NCBI GenBank assembly: GCA_021613535.1
Contig: CP075497.1
Span: 10,974,001-11,038,000, forward strand
Direction of reading: 5' to 3'
DNA from: Adineta vaga
Taxonomy: Eukaryota > Animalia > Rotifera
Length of the DNA: 64,000 bases
Below, in pieces: positions 33,589 through 48,247 of this stretch (its first letter is position 1; every line of letters begins with the position of its first letter). The notes beneath the pieces are model-generated. The model was not told the origin of the DNA and ran no database searches. It was given only the letters and a program-made list of their open reading frames with translations. Position numbers and translations under genes: made by a program.

Positions 33589-34012
33589 TTTTTTGTTAAA
33601 TATTTATGTAAAGATGAATATTTTTATCTGAACAAATTCTATTAAAGAAATCTGTTAGATATATTTTCTGTGTTAATCATAGCATTCTTCTTATCTATTG
33701 TTTAAACATAATCTTCGATCCTCTATTTACGAAATTCACAAAGTCAGATTGTATTTTGTTTTTCTTTTCCTTTTCCTTTCTTTATAATCAAACACCCGAT
33801 CGTTGCGCGCGTGTTCGGTCTAGTCTCCTAGAATAAAACGTAAGAACGAAGAAAAACAAATAGAAAATACGTACATTCTGGTCCATCTGATGCAATGTGT
33901 ATAACGAATGGTTACATTTACTTAGTATAGTGCAAGACGAATACGAACATGATAAATACTATTACTTACTAGTAGCGTATCGTACTTTTTTTATTTTTCT
34001 AGACTTGAAAAT

Positions 34013-36102
34013 ATGTGTGGAATCTGGTGCATATTTGGTTCAACTGTTGACACTCATCAACAAATTCCCGGTTGTTTTAATATTGCTCATCGTGGTCCGG
34101 ATTGTTTTCGTTTCGAAAATGTGAATCATTTTTCAAGATGTGTTTTCGGTTTTCATCGTCTTGCAATTGTTGATGATATTTATGGAATGCAACCAATGCG
34201 TATCCATTCATTACCACACATATGGATGGTTCGTTTATAGGGCTAAAGTATATATCTTTGAATGTTTTCATTTGCATTTGTTTAGACTTACAATGGTGAA
34301 ATCTACAATTTCCGTCAGGTAGAAAAGAAAAAAAAGGAATGAAGACTTTTATTTTTGAATTTATTTGTAAAATAGACTCAAAAGAAATTCGGTTATCAAT
34401 TTGAAACAGGATGTGATGGTGAAATTTTAATTCATTTATACAATGATAAAGGTGCACGTTTTATGTGTGAACAACTTTATGGTGTTTTTGCTTTTATTTT
34501 ATTTGATACGAAAGAACGGAAAGTATTTGTTGGCAGAGATACATTTGGTGTTCGACCAGCATTTCGAATTTTTACTGATTGCGGATTTTTAGCTGTTTCA
34601 TCCGAAGCAAAAGGTTTGATTATTGTTTACAAAGTTTCGATTGATATATGTATGATGAATTTGGTTATATTCAGGTCTCGAAGGTGTTAAAGTAGCATCG
34701 AAAAAAGCCTTAAAGGTTGATGCTTTTGAACCCGGTACATATGAAGAATATAAATTGGATGAAAATGAAAAAGTTGAATTTGTTAAAAAGGAACGTTTTC
34801 ATTCCATTGGTGCTTTCCCAAAATATGATGTTAATGTCAATGTAACAGGTAAAAAAATGATGTTTTTCAAGAGGAGAAAATTTTTCTAATGAACTTGTTA
34901 TTTTTCATGAAAGATGATATTTCATTAAATATTCGTTCGTATCTTGTTAACGCTGTTCAAATGCGTTTAATGTCACATCGTCGTATTGGTTGTATGCTTT
35001 CCGGTGGTCTTGATTCCAGTTTAATCGCAGCATTAACTGTTCAAGAAGCTCGTAAACAAGGTGTTACTTATCCAATTCAAACATTTTCAATTGGTATGGA
35101 TGAAACTAGTCCTGATCTGGTTGCTGCACGAAAAGTAGAACCATCATTTTCTTCGTTTTTGTTTTCGAATATTTGAATGAAATTTTCAGGTTGCTCAACA
35201 TCTCGGTACAGAACATCATGAAATTCGTTTTACTGCACAAGAAGCAATTGATCATTTAAAAAATATCATTCGATCACTCGAATCGTATGATATAACGACT
35301 ATCCGAGCATCGATTGGAATGTATTTTGTTTCGAAATATATTCAAGAAAAAACCGATACCGTTGTTATTTTATCTGGTGAAGGTGCTGATGAAGTTTGTC
35401 AAGGTTATATCTATTTCTATCGACAACCAACACCCGAAGAAGGTGATCGAGAAAGTCGTCGACTTTGTAATGATCTCTTCTATTTCGATGTACTTCGTGC
35501 TGATCGAACAACAGCTGCACATGGATTAGAATTACGTGTACCGTTTCTTGATCATGCATTTACATCGTATTATCTTTCACTACCAGCAACTGAACGAGCA
35601 CCAACAAAAGAACGGGCAGAAAAATATCTTTTAAGGTAACATTTCTAAATCAATAATATAAATTTCTGATTGATAAACAAATAATAGAAAAGCATTTGAT
35701 GGACTTGATTTAATTCCATCTGAAATTCTTTGGAGACCAAAAGAAGCCTTTTCCGATGGTGTTGCGGCTAAAAAGAAATCTCTTTTTGAATACATGCAAG
35801 AATACGCTGAAACACAAGTATCTGATAGTGATCTTCAACGTGCATCTACTCTCTATCCAGTTAATACTCCAAAAACGAAAGAAGCATTTCTTTATCGGTA
35901 ATATTTGATTCTCGTTTTTTTTTCATTATTTAAAATTCTTCTTGTAATTAGGTCCATCTTTGAGCAACTTTTTCCTGATCAACAACATCTTACACCATAC
36001 ATGTGGCTTCCGAAATGGTGTGGCGAACAAACGGATCCATCGGCACGTGTTTTGAAACATTACAAAGAACAACAAGGTGATGAACAGACATCTCATGGTT
36101 AA
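34013..36102 (+). CDS. ASNS: Asparagine synthetase (glutamine-hydrolysing)
   Basis: MCGIW Ntn-amidotransferase start, [54 protein letters not shown] and DPSAR motifs. Confidence 0.97.
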
Positions 36103-36992
36103 ATATCTGTTATACATCGTTGTTAAACATTAAAAAAATAAAAAGAATTGCATTGAAATGAATTTCAATAAGGAGAAAACGATTCTTGCTTGAAATTTTG
36201 TTCGTTTAGTTTTTTGCATCTCATAATGAAGAAAAAGATTGTTGTAGATGAAAGAAAAAAAAAGTCCAGAGAAATCATATCATTTTCAAATTATAGCATA
36301 GCTTGTCACTTGTTTTCAGAAAATGCATTGAACTATTTGTCTAGTTTATAATAGTAGATGTCATATATTCATCTCTCAAACAGATGGATATGTCGTCTAA
36401 TATCATGGTTATAATGAATTATTGAGTGTACTCGGTTTCATTTCAAAAGTATTGGGAATGAATAGTACTAACTGACGGATACTCTACAATGACAGTTCTT
36501 CATCTATTCAACAACTTATTCGTGTCGATTGGAGCTACTGAAAATGTGTTAAATAGATAAGTATGCAAGATAATCTCATCTACAATATCAGCTACGTGTT
36601 CTTTTCATTAAACATTTTTATTTGGCATCATCACGGTAATATTTAATGACGTATTTTGTGAAAAATATTCATGAGAACAACAATGATCGATAACAATAGT
36701 TTAGTATTTACTCTTTAACGCAGTTTTAAAACCGACTAAAGTAAAAAAAATACTTCTTCTGAAACTGTTTCGTCGATCAACCTTTTTATTTGATGATATT
36801 TCCGTTAATTGAAAAAGAGACGAGACTTGCAAAACAAATATTGTCGTTGATTCTCTCTTGTCTTTCTTTTTGGGTGAAACAAATAGTGTTCCAGAAGCTG
36901 TCGACAAATCAAATAATTACCCATTGGTATAAATACAATTGTTTTATTCCTTTGAATGTTTTTTGAAGAAAATTCAAGATTTGAAAAGAAAT

Positions 36993-37453
36993 ATGATCAA
37001 CAAACTTACAGTTCTCTGCATACTTGGTAACTTGTTTTTTCTGTAATGATTTGATTTGTTACAATATCTATCCTAGTTTCTTTGCCAATGTCCATGACAC
37101 TGAATTGTTATACATGTTCGGGACTTATCAGCACAGCTTGTAATGATCCTTTCAATGCAACAGGATCAGGTGTTACACAAACTGGACAGAATAATAATAA
37201 TACATACTGTCAAGTATACACTTTTCGATTAGATTGCTCAAATACTTAATATCTTATTTATATTTTCTAGAAAGATGCATTTTTGGGCATTATTACACGT
37301 AGTGGAAGTACATCGTGTATCGCTACGAACTCGACTTCCTTGTCAACCACAGCATGCTGTCAAACCGATCTTTGCAATGCAGCTTATTCTCATTATCAAG
37401 TCTCTTTTCTGATGCTTATTGGTTTTATCGCTGCCTTGACTAGAATCTATTGA
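36993..37453 (+). CDS. Ly6/three-finger (quiver/sleepless-like) GPI-anchored protein, 117 aa; not in the ORF track
   Basis: Exons 36993-37026, 37077-37213 and 37271-37453 give a signal peptide, LNCYTC..CNDPF..YCQK..ITRSG..C..CCQTDLCN and a hydrophobic C-terminal tail. Confidence 0.85.
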
Positions 37454-38002
37454 ACATAGAACACGAATCGTGCATTGCAGTCATTCATTGATGTGCACAA
37501 AACATTCTCTTATTTCTTTCTTCATTATTGATCAAAAACATAATAAAGAATACAGCATTGATATACCTTATATTATGAGAATAAAAAGACATTATTTTCT
37601 TTCCTTTCAGATCTTTTCTAAACAGAAACGATAGAAATATATTTACATACGATCGAACTTCAAAGTTCATTTTATTTCAATAACATAGAAACTTTATTCA
37701 GATAAACAAAATATTTCAATCATACTGTCTGAGTTTCTACTTCTTTTTAAACCAAAACAAACCAACTTTTTAGAAGAATAACAATGGAAAGATTTGATTG
37801 GTTTATTTTATATTAATACCAATCAACTTGTAAAAGAGACCTCTATTTATTTGAAAACATAAAGAGGAGTTTACTTTGAGATCAATTCAGAAATGGTTAC
37901 TTTTCAGACAAAGATTTGACCACAATTGTCCGACAATTGACTACTGACTGTTCTTTACTTTATTTCGGTCAAAGAAAATTCTCGTTGTATTGGTTGACCG
38001 TT

Positions 38003-40922
38003 ATGTCTTCATTTACGGCGAGTTCAAATGATTCACAGAATCGAACGCAACGTCGTCTACAATTCGAAGGTTTTAATATTCATGAACCAATAAATTCTTC
38101 GCGTCACCATCATCATTCTTCATCAACAACAATGCTTACATCAACACCGGATCATAAATTATACGAAAAAGAAAATCATGAACATCTTGAGTAAATAAAT
38201 TGTTCTGTAAACATTTCAATGTATTCAGTTTATTTTTTGAAAATAGTTTGCTTCAATCAAATGACCCTGAACCTTGTTTATTACAATTACAAAATGCTCG
38301 ACAATTATTACATTCCATGAGTCGAACGAACATTCATACAACGAATGATCAACCAATTCTTGATGATCAACAACCACGAACAGGTTCTCTCTCTTTCTTG
38401 AAATCAAATTATTTTCATTCATTTCTTTTCTCATTCTTAACAGAACTTGTCAATGAAAATAATCCGGAATTAGCTTATTACAAATCTTCATTGGAAAGTG
38501 AACGTAATCGTCGAAAACAATTAGAAACTCTAATTGATGTTCAACAAAAACGTTTAACTGAAGCTGAATCGGAATTAATTCAACTTCGTGCAAATGATCA
38601 TAAGAAAACATTATGTATGAAACAACTTGAACAAATGATTCCAAATGTTGTCGATGAGTGGAAACAAAAAGAAGATGATTATAAAAATAAACTAAATAAT
38701 ATTACACAACAATTAAAACAAATTGAACAAACCAATCGAGAGAAAATATCCAACGAGAGAAAACAATTTGATGAACAATTAAATGAAAAGAATTCAACCA
38801 TTGAACGTTTAACAAAAGAGAATGAAAGAAAAAAACAAGATTATGAAAATTTACAATCACAAACAAAACAATATGAACAACGAATTCAACAATTAACCAA
38901 AGATACTGAACTAGTAAAAGATAGATTCTATACTTTTAATTAATCATATGTCTGTTTTTTAGGCAAAACAACAATGGTCTTCTATAGAAAATGATTTACG
39001 CAATGATCTGAAGAATGATGAAGCTCGTTTGGATATTCTCCGATCTGAATCAGATGAAAGACAACAAGAGATCGAGCAAATGTTACGTGATCAACAGAGG
39101 ACGAATTCGGAACATCAAATGAAAGTTCGACAATTCGAAAATGAACTTGATGAACAAAGACGAGAAAATGTTCGTGAAAAACTTAATTGAATTTTAACGT
39201 AATAGTTTTGATTGTTATTTAGAATGTATTAAAAATGGAATTGGATTTACGTGAAGCAAAATATCGAGCTCAAAATGAATCACTTAAAATGCAATTAATA
39301 CGTGATGCAGAAACAAAAGTTTGTTTTGAGATTTTAACATATTTGATCTATCAAATTTGTTTTAGTTAAATCAACGTCTTGAAGAACAACATACCAAACA
39401 TCTCCACATAGAAGAAGAATTAAATGAATTACATCGCCGTAAATTGGCTGATTTAGAAGATAAACATGAACAAAATTTATCAAATGAACGACAAGAACAT
39501 GAAAATCGTGTTCAGACATTAATAAGCAAGCTTGATCAAACGAAAAATGAAATTGAACGAATACAATCAACAACACTTGCTGAACGACAAGATTTAGCTA
39601 AAAAATTACAAGATGTATTCGAAACAGCACTATTTCAGGGATCAACAAAACCAACGATGATATCGAAGGAAAAATCGGTCTCGTTATCATCACCACCACC
39701 AACGTCAAGACAAATTCCACCACCTAAATCACAAACATTAATCGATACACAAATCAAAGATAAAGCAAATGAATTTCTCCATCCATTACCTTTGGTAAAT
39801 AATGATCATCCAACGAATATGTCAACGATACGATCGCTTTCATCTCGTATTGATTCACTTGTTGACCATACGAATCGAGTAGCAAACGGTTTTGAAATCA
39901 ATTCCCGATTACCACTATCACTACAGCAAGAAAATATGTCAGAATGGACGGAGAATAATCAAAAGTAAGTCCTTTGCTTTCATTGAATGAATTATTTCTC
40001 TTCAACTATAAACCTTTGTTTTCTCTCTAGTCGTCTATTATCTTCACGACCACCAAGTGCTCTTCAATCACCATTCTATCGTTCAACTCCAATTGATTCA
40101 TTGCAAGATTGGTATCCACAATCATCTCTTAGTTCAAATAATAATAATCATTTAACTCAACGTAGTCAATCAGCTGATCCGACAAACAGCGGATTTTTCT
40201 CAATTTATTCTTCTCATCAATATCCACCAACCTCCCAACAACAACAACAACAACAACAACAGACACACTCATCCAATTCCTATAGTCTTGATAGTAATTT
40301 AAATACCAGTCATTTTCATCAATCAGCAATGCCGTCCTATCGTTCAGCATCATCAATAACATCAAATTTAATTGATAATCAACAAGAAATTCAAGCAACC
40401 ATTTCAAAAGATAGTATTGATCGACAGCAGTACGATCAAACATCTTCAGCCAATGAATCCTTAACACGATATGTTAAAATGTTACTTGAACGATCACCTA
40501 ATCATGATCAAAAACCATCACATAGAGAACATCCTTTAGCTAGAACCAATCAATCTCTACATGATATTCAACATTCTATTGAACAATTAAATTTAGCTGA
40601 ACGTGATCGTTCAAAATTAATTGTTGATGATTTAACTTTGAATAACCAATCTCCAACACCACGACAACATAAAACATCCATGACAGCTCGTAGTAATCCA
40701 ACTGCAACATCAACTACAGCTAATGGAGTAAAAAAACGACTTGATTATGATATACATAACAATAAACAAAGTAACTCTAACGAATTATTCGAACGATTAT
40801 CTCAACCAAAGACACGTGTGAAAAAAGATAAAACGAAACCACATCATAATCAACAACAACAACAGCAGCAGCAGCAGCAGCAACAACAACAACAATCAAC
40901 ATCGACAGGAGTATGGAAATAA
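38003..40922 (+). CDS. CNTROB: Centrobin-like centriolar coiled-coil protein
   Basis: LESERNRRKQLETLIDVQQKRLTEAESELIQLRANDHKKTLCMKQLEQMIPNVVDEW resembles the conserved centrobin segment (ExxRRKxxExxI..DxKKxxxIxQL..VVxxW). The C-terminal GVWK resembles the vertebrate GVWR. Exons splice in frame. Confidence 0.75.
40851..40895 (+). repeat. Coding (CAA/CAG)n polyglutamine tract
   Basis: A CAA/CAG run encodes about 15 Gln near the centrobin C-terminus. Confidence 0.9.
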
Positions 40923-42192
40923 TCATATTTCTTCAATCGATAATATCATTAAAGAAACTTATTGTTATGTACATATTGCAAACAGTACAATAACTATTCA
41001 AATTCGAGAAATTCAGTGAATAGAACATGTCCTTAGATAGATTCGTTAATAAAACAAAAGCAATAGTTTTATTTGGGTTATTTCTATGTTCTTGTTTTTT
41101 TTTCTGATAGAATTGTATGTTGTCAAGAATTAGTACAAATAAAAATCTCGATTGATAATCTCCAATGATTATTTTTCTTTCAAGGTAAATGTTGATAAGA
41201 TATTATCCAAATACACATGTAAATTGGCACAGCTGTAGTAAAAGTAAACGATTAATAAAACAATCTTGTATTTTATTTGTTGATATTAGAGACTGTTTAT
41301 ACAATAGAATTTAAACTGTTTTATTTACAATCGAAATGAGAAACACTAAAAAACAATCATTCCTTTTATTGTGAAGAGAGTTCATTATGACGAGTAAACG
41401 AACAGAAATAGAAGTGTCGAGTAAATAGTGAAATGAGAAAAAAAGCTATTAAATTTCTTTACAAGTAACTGCATGTGTTTTTTGATCTATGAAGACATTG
41501 TATTCTATAAATAGAATAAGATCTCATGTGACAAGGACATTAGAAAGACAGATGAATAAAGAAAGGAAATGTCTCTTTTCTAGCCTTGAATAACACTTGG
41601 GATCATCCTTAAAGACATACAGAATAATAAAGAGGTCAATCTTTATATACAAACACACGGACATGAATTTAATTGTTTGAAATCATATAACCATAACCAG
41701 GAAATGAATAGAAGAATAAAGATAATTCATTTCTTTAATTATCTGAATGTTTTGTTGGATTTAAATGACAAAAACATTATCCTTGACCGAATTATATTGA
41801 GTATTTTTTTTCTTTATAGAATAACAATAGGCAAGCTGTCGACAAGTTTTATTACGCAAGAAGTTCGCTGTCGAGATTGTTACTTCATCAATCAATCACT
41901 CAATAGACTCTGCATGCATAACACAAGATGACAAAATTAGTTCGAAGAGCGAAAGAAAAAAGTCTGTGATCTTCCTTTTTTTTCCTATCATCATCATCAT
42001 CATCGTCAATTGCTCTTTTCATTTCGAAATACTTTCTATTTAGAAGAAAAAGATTTGTACAGACATCGATAGATTCTAGAGAAACGCATATAACCTTGAG
42101 AAGAGAAAAGAAAAACAACAAATCAGTCTTTTTTTAATATTCACCATCGATTAGTTCAAAAGAAATTAAAGTAAAATATTTATCATTTGTTA

Positions 42193-44207
42193 TTAAACAT
42201 GATAAGGTGCTCGGATGTATCCATCATAGATCATTGCATTTTGACAAACACAAATAGCAAGAAAGATTCCAAGTAACTAAATAAGAAATTTTATTAACAT
42301 AAAAGACAAAGAAATGTTTCAATACTTACAGCAAGAAGACATAAACTTAATTCAACGATTACAAAAAATTTTCCCCAATAGATGGTTGCTTCCGTTAGTG
42401 AATGAAAACATCCGGGTGTACCACTCACACCGATTTGTTCAATACGGCAAGATGCTGTTGTATTCATTAGTGAACAGCAAGACATAGGAACAAGTGAATC
42501 ACTGTAATCATATGCAGAATCGATCCCACAGCAATGATACTAAAAATAAATGAATATTAAACTTGAAAATCTTGTTTATTTAGTTCTTTTGATGATTATT
42601 CGAGATGTCTGACACAGTCGGAAGTGAAGTAACATGATGTTTTCTTCAGTTGACCTTGATGATGTTTCTACTAGGCTCTTCCATGCAGATGGTGAATTAT
42701 ACTCAAGGACATTGAGAATAGAAAAAAAAACGGAAGGCTACATCATGGTTGACGATTGATCGATGCCAGTCTGTTTGCCTAGTCAATAATATTGTATGCA
42801 TAACAAAGAGATAAACGGAATTTCCTTCTTCTTCTTCTTCTTTTGTTACGCTTCATCACTGTTAAGTTTTTCTTTTCTTTATTTGAAAAGAAGTCAATAT
42901 TAGTAGAGAGTATGATGCAATTTTCCACTCGTAATTGTCCTTTGATTAGAAAGCGTAAACAACATCAAGATGACAAAGACAAAAAACTTTATGACAAGGA
43001 ATAAAATGTCGAAAGAAAGTTCATTATTCAACTTAATCCACAAGTGTATATGTCAGAAAGTAAAAAATTACATTTTGATCAAGTGTAATGATAACAATTA
43101 CATCATCATTATCATAACGAAATCTCTGATTTTCTTTTTTCAACTAATATTTGTTCACTAAAAATCTCTCTTTCTCTCTCTCTCTCTTTTTCGATATCAA
43201 TAGAAATAGACAGACAATGTGAACTTCGGAATAGGAAAAAGAAAAAGAAACCTCATGCACCAACTGTATTCATTACTCATTTCATTCTTTCTTTAATTTA
43301 CGTAACAATTCGAAATTTTATTCTACCTTGTTTTGAATATAATCTACAGCTCGTTCATATTGATCTGGATGTAAATGATCGTATTTTTTTATTTGAGAGA
43401 CAAGACGTTGTTTTATTAATGAATGCCATTGTTCACGTTCGACAGCAATATATGTAAATAAAGCTAATTCAGCTAAGAGAATAGTTGTGATTAAAACGAT
43501 ATACTAGAGAGAAAGAAATTCATCGTTCTATTTTTGTCTTCTATGAGACGATCATGATGACTTACAAATATAAGACAAGTGCGTGAATCACGTATGGCAC
43601 CACATAATCCAAAAAGTCCAATTAAAAAGATGATAATACCAAAGAGAATAACAGAAATTGCTGCGATTTCAAAAGATGATAATGGTATTGAAGTTAAATT
43701 GAATAGACGAACAATTGGTTGTACTTCAGGACGTAAAAAGAAGAGAACACCAAGAACGATAAGAGCAGCACCACTTAACTAGATAGGTAACAAAAATAAA
43801 AATAAACAGAGACAATCAGTCAGTATGTCTAAGGATTAACACCTATCAATGTAAAGTTTTCATGACGAAACTAAATTTCTTTTCTCTCATGTCAATGTTC
43901 AATAGTTATCTTCATTTGTGTATGTCAATATTATTTCTATTAAAAGTCACACGACTATCGTCTGCTTTTTCTCATAGAATTTAAATATACATGAACAACA
44001 GTTCTTTTACATGTTATTGAATGAATAGAAGGCGTACGTTCGAGGTCTACTCAATACTGTTTTTGTTCTGACATGAGAAATAAATGTGTGTTGTCACACC
44101 TGTTCATACTTTACATTCGAAAATTATTTACATTTACTTACCCAAAAAAGAATATTTAAAATTAGAAGAAGATATTTTGCACACGGATAACATGTAGCTA
44201 AACCCAT
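42193..44207 (-). CDS. Tetraspanin
   Basis: Five exons: MGLATCYPCAKYLLLILNILFW, GLFGLCGAIRDSRTCL, large loop YHCCG..VPMSCC..C..PGC, TM4, then the tail YIRAPYHV*. Confidence 0.92.
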
Positions 44208-47200
44208 CGTTGTTGCTTTTTGGACGTAATTACATTGTTATTGTCTGTTCGTTTATGATCTATATTTGATAACGAATGGGTTAATAACGACTGTCTCTTA
44301 TGTATATGACAAAATAATAACGTAGTGGATAAAAAAAGAAACTAGTATCAATAGAATAATTTCATCCAATACTACATGTCCGACCAACTAGATAGAAGAA
44401 TAAGAAAGAGAATCGAGATTATTTTTCCGATGTATAAATAGTTCGTTAGTTTGCTCGGATAGTTAAACACGCTTAAATTCCTGGAGAATACGACGGACTG
44501 AGCTGCAGAATAACGTGTATGTGGTTAGTAATGGAGTGAGTGAATGTTTTCGAAGGAGAACATAAAGAGAAAGAGCGAAAAGTAATTTGAAGAGTATCGT
44601 CAATAGAAAAAGAACGAGACATAGAAGAGAAGAAAAAAAAACCACAAGAGCAAGGCAAGAAAAAAAAGACGAAGAAGAAGAAGAAAAAAAGCTTCCGAAC
44701 AAAGAAAAAGAATAAGAATAAATCTAAATTAACATTGTCTCTCACTATTACTGATGAACAATAGAATATTCGCAGCATATGCTTGAAATTTTCTCTGATA
44801 GTACTTGATGAAACGAACACTGGAGATGAAAAGAGTACATAAATATATACTTAAATCAAATGACATACATCTTAATTCATTTCTTTTTCTCATTCGAAGT
44901 AACAGTAATGAGAATGCCTATTTATTGTTCAATGCACGTTGTAATAAAGATTATTGACTGATGAGAAATTTGTCTATTCTATTTGATGAACAGATCTATG
45001 TTTAGAAAGACTAAACCAATGTGTTATATACGCTCATGTGAATAGTTAATATTGACATTAGTCATGATGAACATGTAGTCTTCAATCGATAAGAAGATAT
45101 TCATCTTTCAACATGATTACAAAAAAGAAAAAAGAGAGAATGTTTCAATTTAAATCAACATTTATTAGTTGATATAATTGCTTAATTTCATCAGAATAAT
45201 CCACTTGAAATATCGATATGACGTAATTAATTTATGCGTCTTATGAAAAGCAAAATCGATCAATAAGAAAGAAGAAAAAAAAGTAACTATTCTTATCAAT
45301 TGTTGAAAAGAAAAGTCGAGTTATTTTCGCTTCATTTATGACTTCAATGAACCTTTAAGTAGATATATATATATATGTTCTTCATTGAACAATTGATAAA
45401 CTTGTATTACTCAATATAATTATCTCTAAATCATTCTTTATCTTATTGAAAAGATATGACCACTTGACGAAACATTTTAGAATTGTTTGTTGTTTTGTAT
45501 TGCATTCAAAAGTGTAGAACATGCCTATTTAGTAATTGATACATATCGAAATATATTTTTTTCCGATTGCTGATAAAGACCATGAGATATTTTTCATACG
45601 TATCACCTTTTTGTTTTGATTGACGATGAGAAAATATTCATCAATTTAATTATGAAAAAATAAATGCATTAAATTCAAGGTTCTTTGACGTCATGATATT
45701 TTCTCTAGGTATAATTGCTATGATTGTAAAATAACAATAATCAATCAAGTTGATAGGTAGAAGTTAAAAGGTAGATTTCAAGTCTATTGAAGATATTTCT
45801 CAAAAGAAATTGCCTTGAATTTAATGAAATCAATAAAAGGCAAAGGTCAATTTTATTGAAAATTATATAATCAATATGAAAACCTTGGAAAAGATCATCG
45901 TCAAGTGAATAGTACATATCTAAGAAAGTCTTTTCTTATGTCATCTAATAGAGAACTACTTGATGTTAAGAAAAATTCTTTGCGAATGATTTAATTGAAT
46001 ACAAACATCAAGTGAAAAGCAAATAATTGTTAGTTAGACATTCATTACTAATTGAACTCTCGTTTATAATCAATAGAACTGTTTTATACGAATAATCAAG
46101 TGGTTAAATAGAATAAATTCGTTAGATAAATGTAAAATTCTATTTGATAACAAGGAAAAACTTGAACTTTTTTTATTTGAAAAACAACATGAGTGACTGT
46201 GTAATACGAAGTATAGTTATTATTATAGCTGCTAACATAATTTACACAAGCCCTTGGAGAATAAGAAATATTAATAATAATCATTTTTTATTCAGCAAAA
46301 ACTATTCAGTTTTCCAAGGAAATTCGTCTATGCATTAGATTCAACTAATCACTTTGATTATTCATTAGTCGTCATAATCATCTTGGATGATCACCTACTA
46401 TTATTATTATTAATCTATTTTGTTTTCCGCCTAGGAAAGCAACTGACTAATCTTCAAGTAATCCAACGAGTAAATCTTTCTTCTTCAACAAAATAGAACG
46501 CATTTTGCCAAAGAATTGAATTAAGCATTGAACTATATTACGTATGTGAGTAGCAATTAGGAGGATTGGAAAACAACGTCATTTAGTCAATGAACATAGG
46601 AAAGGAAGTTGTCAACAACACACAACTTAGTTTTTCTTTTTCGTATTTGTTATGAATTTATCTATGTCATGTCGTATATTCTGTTCTTTTTTAGTAATCT
46701 AGTTAGAATAAAAGCGTCAATAGAAGTGATGAACACAAATAAGACTTTTGTTTTTGATATAATTTCAATAATTTTCTTTCAAATCAGTAGAGAAGAAAAT
46801 GAGGAAAAGATTCATTGAAGGATGTATGAAGACGGATGTTGACGTGCACGCATGTTTCTTGTTATTGGATTTATCATAGATATAGACGTTTTTGAAGTGT
46901 TGCTCATTGATGTTTGGTTGACAATGTTAGAAAACAGAAACATAAGAAAATCTTTTCCTTTTGATCACATTCTGACAAACAACAAGTAAAGATAGGTTTC
47001 TCTTCTTTTGCTTTTAGGATTTATTAAGTAGATAGGCGAAAACAATTAGAAGCGTTTTTTCTCTTCGATCTATGGATAGATCGTTTTTTTTCGTCTCCTT
47101 TCCTTTCCGACTTTGTTTTTTATTAATATTGACACATAGGTATTGAAGTATATAATCAAAGTTAAGGAAGAAATTGATTCTTTTCTCTTTGTTTATATCG

Positions 47201-47417
47201 TCCGGGAACGATTGTCTCGATTAAATTCGAAGATCAATGATTTTAGACATTTCCGGTAAACAAATATTTCTAAATTTATCAAGCAATCACTTTAGTTATG
47301 CGAAGATTTAGGACAATTACACATATCAATGCTTTTTGACAAATAGAAATTCTCTCTTTTTTTATTTTTAGTATTTATATTGTTCGATTGACAAATATCG
47401 TTCTCTGTTGTCTAAGT

Positions 47418-47732
47418 ATGATTTCATTATTGAATATTATATGTCTTGGTCTCCTTCTATTTTGTATCGTTCTTGTTCAAGCTACACCATCGGTTGAAGC
47501 ATCCAATGATGCCAATAAAAAGACACCATTATCATCAACCAATGATCAACTTTATGAGCTTTATAAAATCATTCGTGAAGATCCTCGATATGCTTTAATA
47601 TCAAATAAAGATATTGTGGCATATATCTATCGAAATTTCGTACTTGGTAATGGTAATGATATGAATTCTGTCAAACCAAAATATCAGAAACGTCCTCGTT
47701 ATCGACAACAAAAGCAACAACAAACAGAATAA
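47418..47732 (+). CDS. Small secreted protein of unknown function
   Basis: Signal peptide MISLLNIICLGLLLFCIVLVQA; single exon; AATAAA about 50 bp downstream. Confidence 0.65.
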   Translation: MISLLNIICLGLLLFCIVLVQATPSVEASNDANKKTPLSSTNDQLYELYKIIREDPRYALISNKDIVAYIYRNFVLGNGNDMNSVKPKYQKRPRYRQQKQQQTE

Positions 47733-48247
47733 ATTTGACATCAATTGACATATGTTCATTCTAAATATTATACAGTATCAAATAAAATGATTGATAGAAT
47801 TAACAGATTACTAACGTATTCTATTTAACGATGTATAATGATGGACATGTTGCCATCAGTAAGGAAGTTTTCAAGTATAAGAATGTTATCGAGGCATCCT
47901 TTTTGAAAGGAAGCATATTGTTGTGTTTATTTATCGATGTTTGAAAGATAGGAAACAGAATGGATATTTGGTAGATGAAGAAAAGACTTATTTGTCAACT
48001 TGGTTTGTAGATATAATTGAATTAGCATAAAAACTAATAAGGATCAGCAATGGAAGAAGATGCATTATATTCCAAATAATGGCATTAGTTTTTCTTTTTT
48101 TATTTCATAGTATTTTATAGAGTGATAAACTTGTTTTCATTGGAATCTATTGTTATATGATAAAGAATCGACTAGTTATAGTGAAAATTAAATCATTCGT
48201 GTTTTAAAAGAACAGTTAGTAGAATGTTTTACGCGTGCAGATAATAA

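Noticed and set aside
44463-44820. Phe/Leu/Ser-rich minus-strand ORFs
   Set aside because: Artefacts of purine-rich tracts upstream of the tetraspanin gene.
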